Positions 54,143-63,976 of a DNA stretch of 64,000 nucleotides are shown here, in pieces. This DNA is from Methanotrichaceae archaeon (lineage in GTDB: Archaea; Halobacteriota; Methanosarcinia; Methanotrichales; Methanotrichaceae). Both the position numbers and the translations under genes were made by a program. The notes below the pieces were generated by a model. It saw only the letters and a program-made list of their open reading frames with translations. It did no database searches and had not been told where the DNA came from. The stretch is from contig CAVWIG010000015.1 in NCBI GenBank assembly GCA_963754945.1, positions 32,001 through 96,000 on the forward strand. The letters run 5' to 3'. How positions within the stretch are numbered: the stretch's first letter is position 1; the number at the start of each line of letters is the position of its first letter.

Positions 54143-54440
54143 ATAAGGGTGTTCTCTTCCTGGACCGGCCTTCTGAGCTAGAGTCACTCCCTCCCTGTTG
54201 AGTTGCACACAAAAATTAATAGCTTGATTTGAGAAAAAGTGGTAGCGCAGTGCAGGAAAAGGAGGGGGGGCCGACATAGCTCTGGCGGGAGGTGAACCTC
54301 ATTTTGAAACGAGTCATGTCGGCATCATCAGAGTCTCCGCAATGTCATGCCACAATATCGTCCATCGAGAGGCTCAATTTGTTTGCTATGGGACTAAATA
54401 GTTAAAGATTTCGGCTATACGCGGAGACACCGAAACGTCG

Positions 54441-55295
54441 CTAAAGCCTCTGCAGGATGGCTTCAACTATCTGGTCAAAGGCTTTAGCAGCAGGAGTATC
54501 TTTTCCTGTGAAGACCTGGCCAAGGTCGCCCAATCTCCCAATCTCCGCATCCAAAGGTATGGCTCCAAGGAATGGCACGTTAAGCTCTTTCGCTGCTTTC
54601 TCCCCGCCACCTGTTTTAAACACATTTATTTGTTCACCGCAATGAGGGCAGATAAGACCACTCATGTTCTCTACTATGCCAAGGACTGGAACCTTCATCA
54701 TGAGGAACATGTTGACCGCTTTTCTGGAGTCCAGCAATGCCACCTCCTGAGGAGTGGTTACAATAATAGCTCCATCCAGGTCCGGTATCAATTGTACTGC
54801 ACTGATAGGTTCGTCGCTGGTCCCTGGAGGAAGATCCACTAGCAGAAAGTCCAGATCGCCCCAGTTCACCTCGGAGAGGAACTGCTTCAAGGCCGCCATC
54901 TTCATAGGGCCGCGCCACACAACGGCCGAGTCTTTACTCTCAAGCAGCAAGGCCATGGATATAACCTTCACATCATCGGCATCAACGGGCTCGATGCCTT
55001 CCTCACCAGGCCGAACCTTTTTGTCCTCTACGCCCATGAGCTTGGGAACGCATGGGCCGGTAATGTCGGCGTCCATGATGCCAACGCTATAGCCTCTGCG
55101 CTTCAGAGCAACGGCCAGGTTGACGGTCACTGTGCTCTTGCCCACGCCACCCTTTCCGCTTCCCACAACGATCTTGTGCTTTATCCGCTCCATGCGAATC
55201 GACGTCTCGTCTTGCTCCCTGGGATCGGTGCATGTGTTGCGCTTGCCGCAGGAATCACAGCTTCCATCGCAGCTTTCTTTAGCAGAACCGTTCAT
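54441..55295 (-). CDS. Mrp/NBP35 (ApbC) Fe-S cluster carrier ATPase
   Basis: N-terminal CxxxCxxC...C, GKGGVGKS, WRGP, DLPPGT.D, ENMS...CPHC. Confidence 0.92.
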   Translation of the reverse strand: MNGSAKESCDGSCDSCGKRNTCTDPREQDETSIRMERIKHKIVVGSGKGGVGKSTVTVNLAVALKRRGYSVGIMDADITGPCVPKLMGVEDKKVRPGEEGIEPVDADDVKVISMALLLESKDSAVVWRGPMKMAALKQFLSEVNWGDLDFLLVDLPPGTSDEPISAVQLIPDLDGAIIVTTPQEVALLDSRKAVNMFLMMKVPVLGIVENMSGLICPHCGEQINVFKTGGGEKAAKELNVPFLGAIPLDAEIGRLGDLGQVFTGKDTPAAKAFDQIVEAILQRL

Positions 55296-55433
55296 ATCAT
55301 AATCACCGTAAGTTAGGAATAGTAGGCAATGTCATTGCTCGCTAAAAGTAGCTGATGAGATCATATATTTAAGCTTTCTCATAATAAAATGAGATCGAAA
55401 TATAAAAGTGTATGGAGGCTTAGCGGCAGATTT

Positions 55434-55934
55434 TCAAGCCTTATCGGCCCTATTGAGACCTTCTTCTGCGGTTTCGCTCTTCGCTTCACCTTCGGCTCCT
55501 TTCAAGGAGCTCATCTTGGCGATGATGTAATCAAGCCTGGTTCTAAGAAGATGCAGTTCCCGTTCCATCAGGGCCATCTCCACTTCACCTGCGGCTTGAC
55601 TTGATGGCTCTGTAGTGGTCGCAGTTTCCTCTTGTTCTCTCAGTATGTAGCTCCCGCCCTCGATAAGGATGCCCATGCCGTAGACGAGTGCCACTGATAT
55701 CTTCTTCCTGGCACTGGATAGATCGTTCCAGAAGGCCTTCCTGGAAATACCCATGTAAGATGCCGCCTCCTCCTGTTCCAGCTCAAGAAGATCTACCAGG
55801 CGCACTGCCTCCAGTTCCTCAAGGCTCAAACAGACTGCTTCTGTTCTCGGGCAGCCATCGGGCAAAAAGCATCTGACCTGAGGGAGCTCCGAAATCCAGC
55901 GTCTTCCTCGGCGTCTACCTCTGCAAGGACACAT
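55434..55934 (-). CDS. DUF134 HTH protein (predicted regulator)
   Basis: LSLEELEAVRLVD...QEEAA..MGISR......L.SARKK....LV.G..I.IEGG. Confidence 0.85.
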   Translation of the reverse strand: MCPCRGRRRGRRWISELPQVRCFLPDGCPRTEAVCLSLEELEAVRLVDLLELEQEEAASYMGISRKAFWNDLSSARKKISVALVYGMGILIEGGSYILREQEETATTTEPSSQAAGEVEMALMERELHLLRTRLDYIIAKMSSLKGAEGEAKSETAEEGLNRADKA

Positions 55935-56133
55935 GAAATATCATCTTGATTAAGTTATATTTAACCTTAGCCTATAGAAATATTTAATTATATAGTCCCG
56001 TAAGTTACTATTACTCAGAGGTTAACGTCTCAGCGAGACGAACGAGGGTTCGCCAGTGAAAAAAAAAGGCACGGGCAAGTCTACTGAATCTTAACCAAAA
56101 CCTATTCAAGAGTCAATATGGTGAATCCAGATT

Positions 56134-56176
56134 GAGTTAAATTCAAATATAACGTCGCATACGACATAATTGTTCT
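56134..56176 (+). promoter_or_regulatory. Promoter/operator motif, copy 1 (upstream of atwA)
   Basis: gagttaa-N4-aaatataa-c-gtcgcatacgac-ataattgttct; repeated at 60512-60555. Confidence 0.6.
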
Positions 56177-56226
56177 CAAGACAGAAAATCGGTCAATGAA
56201 TCCGAAATGCGCATTAAGCTCAGTCC

Positions 56227-57850
56227 ATGAGGTATGATAGTTTGGCACCTTTTATCGAGATCCGGGATCTGACAGTTCGCTTTGGTGATGTGAAAGCCCT
56301 CAACAAAATCAATCTGGACATAGAGGAGGGCGAGTCGGTTGGTTTTCTAGGCAAGAGTGGCTCGGGAAAAAGCGTTTTAATGCACATGCTCCGAGGAGTG
56401 GAGACATTCCCGGACACCACTGGCAGTGTGATCTACCATGTAGCCAGATGCAAAACCTGCCGGCAAGTGGAACCTCCAAGCCACGCCGGGCAGAAATGTA
56501 GGTGTGGAGGAATTTTAGAGCCCAAAGATGCAGACTTTGTGGCTCTGGACGTTAATGACCCTCTGAGGAGGGACATCGTGAGAAGAGTCGCCATAATGCT
56601 TCAGAGGACCTTTGCCCTTTATGGCGACGAGCGGGTTATAGTCAACGTCATGAGAGCGGTGGAAGAATCTGGAGACAACATAAGCATCCAAAAGGCCGCC
56701 GACCTTCTGGACGAGGTCAACCTTTCCCACAGGATGATGCACGTCGCCAGGGAGCTCTCAGGGGGAGAAAAGCAGCGGGTGGTGCTGGCACGACAATTGG
56801 CCAAGTCTGCCAATGCTGCTTTTGGCCGACGAACCCACGGGAACCCTCGATCCATCGACCGCTGAGGTCGTCCACGAGTCCATAAGAAGAGCAGTCAAGG
56901 ATTTCAAAATGACTCTGATCATCACCAGCCACTGGGAGGATGTGATGATCGACCTCACCGATAGGGCGGTGCTTCTGGACCAGGGCGAGATCAAGTGCAT
57001 GGGAGATCCCAAGGATGTGGCCTCCGAGTTCCTTTTGATGGCAGGCGAACTGGGTCATCGAGAACTTGTAAAGGTCGGAGAACCGATAATTAAGGTAAAT
57101 GATCTGGCCAAGAGGTACATCAGTATAGACCGGGGAGTGGTCAAGGCAGTGGATTCTGTTAGCTTTGATGTGAAAGAAGGAGAGATCTTCGGCCTTGTTG
57201 GAATGAGCGGTGGAGGAAAGACCACACTGTCCAAGATGATAAGTGGAATCATAACCCCAACTTCTGGGAATGCCTGGGTCAGAGTGGGAGACGAGTGGGT
57301 GGACATGAACATCCTGGGGTCCAATGGCCGGGGTAGAGCCACCAAGTACATTGGCGTCCTACACCAGGAGTACACCCTTTACCCTTCAAGAACCGTAATC
57401 GACAACCTCACAGGGTCTATCGGTCTGGCTCTACCTTTCGAGCTGGCAGAAAGAAAGGCCGTTCACACCTTGACGACTGTCGGCTTCACTGATGGGCAAG
57501 CTGAGGCGGTTCTGGACAAGATGCCCGATGAGCTTTCCGAGGGAGAGCGACACAGGATAGCCATGGCCCAGGTCCTGATCAAAGAGCCAAGCATTGTTAT
57601 CCTGGACGAGCCCACCGGCACCATGGACCCTATAACCAAAATTGAGGTCACAAAATCCATACTCAACGCCAGAGAAGAATTGGGGGAAACCTTTGTCATA
57701 GTCAGCCACGACTTGGACTTCGTTAAGAACGCCTGCGATAGGGCACTGCTCATGCGCAACGGCAAGGCGATCTTCACCGGGTTCCCGGATGAAGTTCTAG
57801 CCAAGATCACCGAAGAAGAACAAAAAGAGATGCTGGGGAATTCGCATTAA
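56227..57850 (+). CDS. atwA: Methyl-CoM reductase system component A2 (dual ABC ATPase), apparent 1-nt frameshift near 56808
   Basis: GKSGSGKS..HMLRG, C..C...EPPS..G..C.CG, AIMLQRTFALY, HRMMHVARELSGGE, ADEPTG; second half VGDEWVDM...RGRA.KYIG.LHQEY, LSEGERHR. Confidence 0.88.
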
Positions 57851-57972
57851 AAGGTTCTTATCGGAAAATTGGCTTGAGAGCATGCCTTTGATTCTTCCAA
57901 ATTATGTCTTTCCAGTATGTTCTTACCCTTGAAAGTCCATATATTATCGAAAACGACTCTTGAGTTTAAATT

Positions 57973-58794
57973 ATGAATTATACACGAAGTACTCTAAAAG
58001 AATCTGCCCAAAGATTCGAAAAAACCGTGAATTTAGAAATAGGCTCGCTTTATCAGGCAAAAGCAGTTGAGAAAATTCCAAATGTGCAGGACGGTGGTGT
58101 TGTAACAAGCCTTTTGGGATACGCTCTTGATGAGGGCATAATAAAAGGGGCGGTAGTTATTGGGAAGGATGTTCAATGGAATACATTTCCTGTTCTCGCG
58201 ACCGATTCACAAGAGCTGAGAAATTATACAGGGAGCGTTTATTTTCCCATAAACAACAGAGACTATCGAGCGATGGTTAGAAAAGCAATAGATACCTTCA
58301 GGGATATTGGAATCGTGGTCACACCAGGTGAACTGAAAGTTCTTGACTCGGGATCTAATAGGGTAAAACTTGACGAGGTTTACCTGAAAATCGGGCTTTT
58401 TTGTCTTGGCAGTTTCAACCCAGAAAAATTCTGGAATTACGTAGGCAAAGGAATAAAGAGAGAAGACGTTAAGAGATTTGAAATTGACAAGGAACTCAGA
58501 CTCGTCGATGGAGAAGGAAAAACCGTTTTCCAAAGGCCGGTCAGGGAAGCGCACGAATATTCAATTCCTTGGTGCAAAAAGTGCCGTGACTTCATGCCCG
58601 GCACTGCGGACTTGTCTGTTGGGGCTGGACCTGAAAAGGGTACATGCGCTGTATACCTCCAAACAGCAAGAGGCTTGGAGATATTCAGGGAGGCGTATGA
58701 AAACGGCCGGCTAATTGTAACAGAAGTACAGACTAAGTTTAAGGAAAAGTTCGAAAAAACGATGAATCAGAAAACAAAGATTATACCGAGATAA
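57973..58794 (+). CDS. Divergent FrhB/FdhB-like (F420-binding beta subunit family) protein
   Basis: QDGGVVTSLL.YAL, VTPG (usually GTPC), IGLFC, CKKC.DF....ADLSVG. Confidence 0.7.
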   Translation: MNYTRSTLKESAQRFEKTVNLEIGSLYQAKAVEKIPNVQDGGVVTSLLGYALDEGIIKGAVVIGKDVQWNTFPVLATDSQELRNYTGSVYFPINNRDYRAMVRKAIDTFRDIGIVVTPGELKVLDSGSNRVKLDEVYLKIGLFCLGSFNPEKFWNYVGKGIKREDVKRFEIDKELRLVDGEGKTVFQRPVREAHEYSIPWCKKCRDFMPGTADLSVGAGPEKGTCAVYLQTARGLEIFREAYENGRLIVTEVQTKFKEKFEKTMNQKTKIIPR

Positions 58795-58873
58795 GCATTA
58801 GCCTACGGATCACGCGCAAAAATGAAAAGAATATGCATAAATGATACTCTCATGAAAAATAAGTTTCATTAGC

Positions 58874-58993
58874 TCAGTGGCAACAGTGGTGCTCATGGTG
58901 ATGTTCTTCATCATGGCAATGCTCGTGAGAATGTTCCTCTCCAGAATCGTGCTTATGCTTGTGCTCGTGTTTATCGCTATTATGACAACACAT
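58874..58993 (-). CDS. 39-aa His/Cys-rich putative metal-binding peptide
   Basis: GGAGGT SD at 59001-59006 (-), then MCCHNSDKHEHKHKHDSGEEHSHEHCHDEEHHHEHHCCH*; below the ORF-track size cutoff. Confidence 0.75.
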   Translation of the reverse strand: MCCHNSDKHEHKHKHDSGEEHSHEHCHDEEHHHEHHCCH

Positions 58994-59199
58994 CTGTGTT
59001 ACCTCCAGTTGAAACCTAAGTGCCGAAAGATTTTAAAATACTTGGATTCTATAATCTAAATACTTTTTGGAGGCTAATGCTGTAATCTATACTACGATTA
59101 GGGATAACATGACTATCGGAGAAAAGCATAGATCAGGAATCGAAGGTAAGGCAATCTCAATGACACTTATTGTAGTCCTTTCGCGAGGTTGAGGAAATC

Positions 59200-60426
59200 A
59201 TGAAGGTCTGGAATGGATTCCGCAGAAGCGAGTCTTCAATCCGCAAAGTAGCTCTATATTCCCTGATTTTAAATATATCTTTAGTAACTGCCAAGCTGGC
59301 CCTATCTGTGGTTACAGGGAGCCTAGCTCTGCGTGCGGATGCCATACACTCTTTGGTTGACGTCTTTGGGTCTCTAGCCCTAATAATGGGGTTGATCATA
59401 TCTAGCTGGAAGAGCAATAGCTTCCCATACGGTTTTTACAAAGTGGAGAATCTAGTTTCGATTTTCATATCGTTTTTACTTTTCCTGACGGCCTACGAGA
59501 TAGTCCGGGAAGCATTGACTAAGGAGAGCCTGATAAATCCCTACGGCGGATGGGTTCTATTAGCGGTTGGTCTCATGATCCCAGTCCCTCTTCTGTTCGG
59601 CCGTTTTGAGGCGGGGGTGGGAAAGATAGCGAATTCTCCGAGCCTGATTGCAGATGGCAGCCAGTTCAAAGTGGATGCCCTTACTGCATCCATAGTTCTT
59701 TTCGCTTTGCTTGGTCAGCGATTTGAGGTTCCTCTGGATAGAATCGCAGCATTAGTTATCGCTATTTTCGTGGTCAAGGCGGGTTGGGACATCCTAGTTA
59801 ACGGGATGCGTGTACTCCTGGATGCATCTGTGGACGCTCAGACATTGGCGGAAATCCGAGCCGTAGTCGAGGCTGAACCGACAGTTAGTGCTGTAAAAAC
59901 GATCACAGCCCGCAACTCTGGACGGTATCTCTTCGTTGAGGTTAATGTGACGCTACGTATCTCAGACCTGAAGAGAGCGCACCAGGCAAGCGAGCTCATG
60001 GAGAAAAAGATACGAGATACAGTGCCCCACGTGGATCGGGTTCTAATACACTACGAACCCCAGATCAGGACAAAGATTCGCTACGCTCTTCCCCTGGCCG
60101 ATACCAATGGAGAGATCAGCATCCATTTCGGAGAGGCTCCTTTCTTTAGCCTGGTGGAGATAGATCTCCAACAGAAGACCGTCTCTCGACGAGATGTGAT
60201 GACCAACCCCTTCAGAGATCTGACCAAAGGTCGCGGTCTGAGGGTTGCCGAGTTTCTGCTCGGCCATAAGCCGGACGTGATCCTGACCCGAGAGAATCTC
60301 TCCGGAAAAGCTCCAGGATACGTTTTCGCTGAGGCAGGCGTGGAGATAGTACAAATAGAGACAGAATCGCTTGAAAAGCTAGTCGAAGATCTGCTAGCAG
60401 AAATTAAAAAGGATTCAACAACTTGA
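59200..60426 (+). CDS. Cation diffusion facilitator fused to a C-terminal NifB/NifX-like domain
   Basis: SLAL.ADAIHS..D, FPYG..KVE, S.SL.AD, IHYEP; then HFGEAPFF...NP...KG. Confidence 0.88.
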   Translation: MKVWNGFRRSESSIRKVALYSLILNISLVTAKLALSVVTGSLALRADAIHSLVDVFGSLALIMGLIISSWKSNSFPYGFYKVENLVSIFISFLLFLTAYEIVREALTKESLINPYGGWVLLAVGLMIPVPLLFGRFEAGVGKIANSPSLIADGSQFKVDALTASIVLFALLGQRFEVPLDRIAALVIAIFVVKAGWDILVNGMRVLLDASVDAQTLAEIRAVVEAEPTVSAVKTITARNSGRYLFVEVNVTLRISDLKRAHQASELMEKKIRDTVPHVDRVLIHYEPQIRTKIRYALPLADTNGEISIHFGEAPFFSLVEIDLQQKTVSRRDVMTNPFRDLTKGRGLRVAEFLLGHKPDVILTRENLSGKAPGYVFAEAGVEIVQIETESLEKLVEDLLAEIKKDSTT

Positions 60427-60511
60427 TTAATCGTATTATTTATATATAATATTGACTGTAATACTGAAATCTGTTCTACCTCATTCGGGGGGGATAAGGA
60501 ATCTCGAAATC

Positions 60512-60555
60512 GAGTTAACCTTAAATATAAAGTCGCATATTAGCATAATTGTTCT
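60512..60555 (+). promoter_or_regulatory. Promoter/operator motif, copy 2 (upstream of the nifX-like pair)
   Basis: gagttaa-N4-aaatataa-a-gtcgcata-ttag-cataattgttct. Confidence 0.6.
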
Positions 60556-60575
60556 AAGTGATATAGAGGCGTTCA

Positions 60576-61073
60576 ATGAAAATATGCGTTACTGCAGGGG
60601 CATCCGGCCTGGATGCTACATTTGATACCAGGTTCGGTCGCTCTCTCTTTTTTACAGTTATCGAGACTGATGAAATGACTGTAGAATCAATTCCAAACTC
60701 CATGGCCGGATCCTCGCGTGGAGCAGGGATGTATGCTGCTCAGGCCGTAGCCGGGCTGGACGTGACTGCCCTGATTACAGGAACTGTCGGTCCTAATGCT
60801 CTCCAGACGCTTACTGCTGCGGGCATTGACGTTTACCAGCAACTTGAAGGCACTGTCAGAGAGGCTGCAGAGCTATTCAAGCAAGGCAGGCTGCAAAAGA
60901 TCACCTTTCCATCGGCACAACTCAGCCCAGGCATTTGTCGAGGCCAAATGGGGCAAGAGCCACAAGGCCGGGGAAGATGTCGCGGAAGATGCCATGGTGG
61001 TCCTGGAACATGGCTGACCAGGTATCCGACAGAGGCCAGTGGGAGTGGAAGAAGCTGCAGATGTAGATGGTGA
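60576..61073 (+). CDS. NifB/NifX-family protein with Gly/Arg/Cys-rich tail
   Basis: MKICV...RFGR..FF...GAG..AAQ...ITG.VGPNA...L.AAGI. Confidence 0.85.
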   Translation: MKICVTAGASGLDATFDTRFGRSLFFTVIETDEMTVESIPNSMAGSSRGAGMYAAQAVAGLDVTALITGTVGPNALQTLTAAGIDVYQQLEGTVREAAELFKQGRLQKITFPSAQLSPGICRGQMGQEPQGRGRCRGRCHGGPGTWLTRYPTEASGSGRSCRCRW

Positions 61074-61077
61074 TAAG

Positions 61078-61437
61078 ATGAAGGTTTGTATACCCACAAT
61101 GGGCAACGACGGGATGGAAGAGGCCGTTTCTCAGCACTTCGGACGGGCTCCTACCTTCACGATGGTGGATCTCGAAACCAAAGAAGTGCAAATCCTGCCC
61201 AACAAGGGCGAACACATGGGTGGAAGTGTTCTGCCAACGGATACGCTCAAGGACCAGGGTGTTCAAGTCATGATCGTAGGCGGCCTGGGGCCCAAGGCGA
61301 TCCAGGCCTTTGCTGAGCAGTGCGTGGAAGTTTTCGTCGGAGCGACGGGCACGGTCAAAGATGCGATAGAGGACTGGAGAGAGGGGCGGTTGACTAAGGC
61401 CAGATCTGATAACGCATGCAAGGAGCACAGGCATTAG
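61078..61437 (+). CDS. NifB/NifX-family protein
   Basis: MKVCIPT...VSQHFGRAP.F...GGLGPKA...GTVKDAI. Confidence 0.88.
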   Translation: MKVCIPTMGNDGMEEAVSQHFGRAPTFTMVDLETKEVQILPNKGEHMGGSVLPTDTLKDQGVQVMIVGGLGPKAIQAFAEQCVEVFVGATGTVKDAIEDWREGRLTKARSDNACKEHRH

Positions 61438-61690
61438 AAAAGAAGGCTTACACAATGGGCCTCTATTCCTATGTCAGCCCTGAATGACCCATGTCCTGCA
61501 CTACCCACAAGGCGGAATATCATCGTTTGCATCAACATGGGCGAGAAGCCAGGTGTAGTAGGTGTGCATAGCTTTCCATCAACCAAGATTAATGTTGATA
61601 TTGCTTACAGCCTTCAAAATTTTGATATCGCCAGATCTAAATCTAAAAATGCCATATTAAAGGCTAGAAGCACAAAGGGGAGATGTTGAA

Positions 61691-62426
61691 ATGAGATACA
61701 ACAATTTTTTGCTGTGTACGATAGTAATCTTTTGCCTTGCGTTTCAGGCATGCGCACAGTCAGACTATCTAAATGAAGGTTCCAGCAGCAACACAATGGG
61801 ATCCAGCGGAGACTATCTTAGCCCTAACATGGGCCACGTGGTCAGCAGTACAAATCCTGATGAAGGGCTGAGTGGGATGTTGCAGTGGCTCGATCAACCA
61901 GTCCCCAGCTACCCCTGGTACAGCCCGGTTGGCGGCACCTTCTATAGCCGAGGGTATAGCAGCACATCGTTCTCGCCATTCAGAGAATATTATACAAGCT
62001 CTGGTGTGCCTGTAGAAGGCGGGATTATAAGCAATCCTGCCAAGTTCGATATAACTAAGAAAACGCCTTCCAGGATATACTACGGCTCAGGTCAAGGGTT
62101 GCCATACACCCAGTATACATCCATAGCGCCATCCAAGACCAATGATCTCTGGATCCAGGGAGCGACAGATTGGTCCCAGTATGTAGTATGCCCACTCGGA
62201 ACCTGGTTACAGCTTGTCGCCAATGTGCCCTCTGGAGGGCCTGCGGGCTTCTATGAGATGATTCAGACCGACACAACCATTTCGAAGTACAAGACTTATC
62301 AGTTCAATCCGGGTTATAACACCATGAACTTCAATGCAGACCCAGGTTGGAAGACACATGCTTTACTTTGTCGTGAACAACCAGCCCAGCAATGTGGTCA
62401 TCGTGGATGTGTTTGCCCAGGCTTAA
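61691..62426 (+). CDS. Secreted hypothetical protein, apparent frameshift near 62342
   Basis: Signal peptide; LWIQG...W.QY...P.G; the corrected frame gives FNADQVGRHMLYFVVNNQPSNVVIVDVFAQA*. Confidence 0.6.
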
Positions 62427-62429
62427 CCA

Positions 62430-62678
62430 GGGTCAACGACGCCAGTACATACATTATCCTAGAGATATGCATACTGGCACAAAAATCTGAGATTGAATGG
62501 CAGGCGCATTTCGGCCATCAAGCCTCATGTGACCGACCGAAACGCAGTGCTACTGAAACATACTCATCGCAGGATAGGGCAACCCGTAGTGCCCGTGGAA
62601 CCAAAACCGCTATCTTGCTCTCAGTGAGGCAAGTTTTGCGATGAAATGGGACGCCTGCCTTTCAGGTAGGGCAACTCA
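62430..62678 (+). mobile_element. Decayed IS200/IS605 tnpB 3' end with omega-RNA-like right end
   Basis: Degenerate DRNA...NILIAG* (RuvC-III like), gggcaacccgtagtgcccgtgga, hairpins cttgc...gcaag and cctgcct-ttc-aggtagg, ends ...actca. Confidence 0.5.
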
Positions 62679-62764
62679 GGCTAAACTTAAATATATTGGA
62701 GACAACCTACGGCGAGGTGGATTATTAATGATGATAATCAAATGTCTTTGTCTTATCTTCACTA

Positions 62765-63976
62765 GTGTCGCGTCAATATTGAAGTGACATAAGGTTTAAG
62801 ATATATTATCTTCATATCCAATGTGGGGTAATAGCAATGAAGAAATATATCGTAACGCTTACTGAGGACGAGCGCAAAGCTCTTAGCGACCTTACAGTCA
62901 AGGGAAAGCAAAAATCACAGAAGATCCTCAATGCATTAATATTGCTCGGTTGTGATGAAGGTGAGTACCAAACAGAGGGCTCGACGAATGAAGAAATAGC
63001 CCGTGTGCTCCATATAAGCATGAGAAAGATAGACCGTTTAAAAAAGCGATTTGTAGAGGGAGGTCTTGATTCAGCTCTTGAAAGAAGAACGGGAAACCGC
63101 ATCTATGCCAAGAAGACCGATGGAGATTTTGAAGCCCATTTAGTTGCATTGAGTTGCAGCGAACCACCAGATGGTTTTGCGCGGTGGTCTTTGAGGCTGT
63201 TAGCCGATAAGGTCGTCGAGCTCAACTACATTGACAGCATTTCTCATGAAGCTGTGCGTCAAATTTTAAAAAAACGAGATCAAGCCATGGCAACGCAAAG
63301 GATGGGTAATTCCGCCAAATCAAAACGGTAGCTTCGTCGCAAATATGGAAAGGGTATTGGATGTTTATAAGCGTCCGTTTGATTCATATCATCCGGTTGT
63401 ATGCATGGACGAATCTCCAAAGCAGCTGATATCCGAGACAAGAGTACCTATTGCAATATCTCCAGGGCGGGCTGCCAAACACGACTATGAATACAAACGC
63501 TGCGGCTTATCAAATATTTTCCTTGCATGCGAACCGTTGGCCGGGAAGCGTATGGTAAAGGTCACTGAAAGAAAAACTGCGCTGGACTGGGCTTGCTTTA
63601 TGGAAGATGTCGCCGCCCAATACGAACATGCAGAAAAGATAACATTGGTGATGGACAATCTCAACACACATAATGCAGGATCGTTTTATGAGAAGTTTAC
63701 GCCAGATAAGGCAAAGGCGTTAATGGATAGGTTTGAATTTGTGTACACGCCGAAGCATGGCAGTTGGCTAAATATGGCTGAGATAGAGCTGAATGTCCTT
63801 ACAGGGCAATGTCTGAATAGGCGAATCGATAAAATTGAAACTGTTAAGGATGAAGTAGCGGCATGGCAGGAGTTCAGAAATAATAAAAATGCAAAGGTAA
63901 ATTGGCAATTTACTACAGCGGATGCAAGAGTTAAACTATCTAGGCTTTATCCGACACTAGATAGCTGACGCGACAC
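62765..63976 (+). mobile_element. IS630-family element, copy B, TA duplication in ACTAGT
   Basis: TIR gtgtcgcgtca; TA at 62763-62764 and 63977-63978; diverged isoform of copy A. Confidence 0.92.
62837..63968 (+). CDS. IS630 transposase (orfA 62837-63331, orfB 63345-63968; probable -1 frameshift)
   Basis: Near-identical to copy A; A-run at about 63268-63274. Confidence 0.88.

Noticed and set aside
58877-59059. 60-aa Met/Val/Leu-rich ORF on the + strand, and many similar overlapping ORFs in the track
   Set aside because: Antisense shadows of real genes; here it mirrors the His-rich peptide
60433-60464. GTATTA-N20-TAATAC as a NikR operator
   Set aside because: Spacer is longer than the canonical 16 or so nt and the region is very AT-rich
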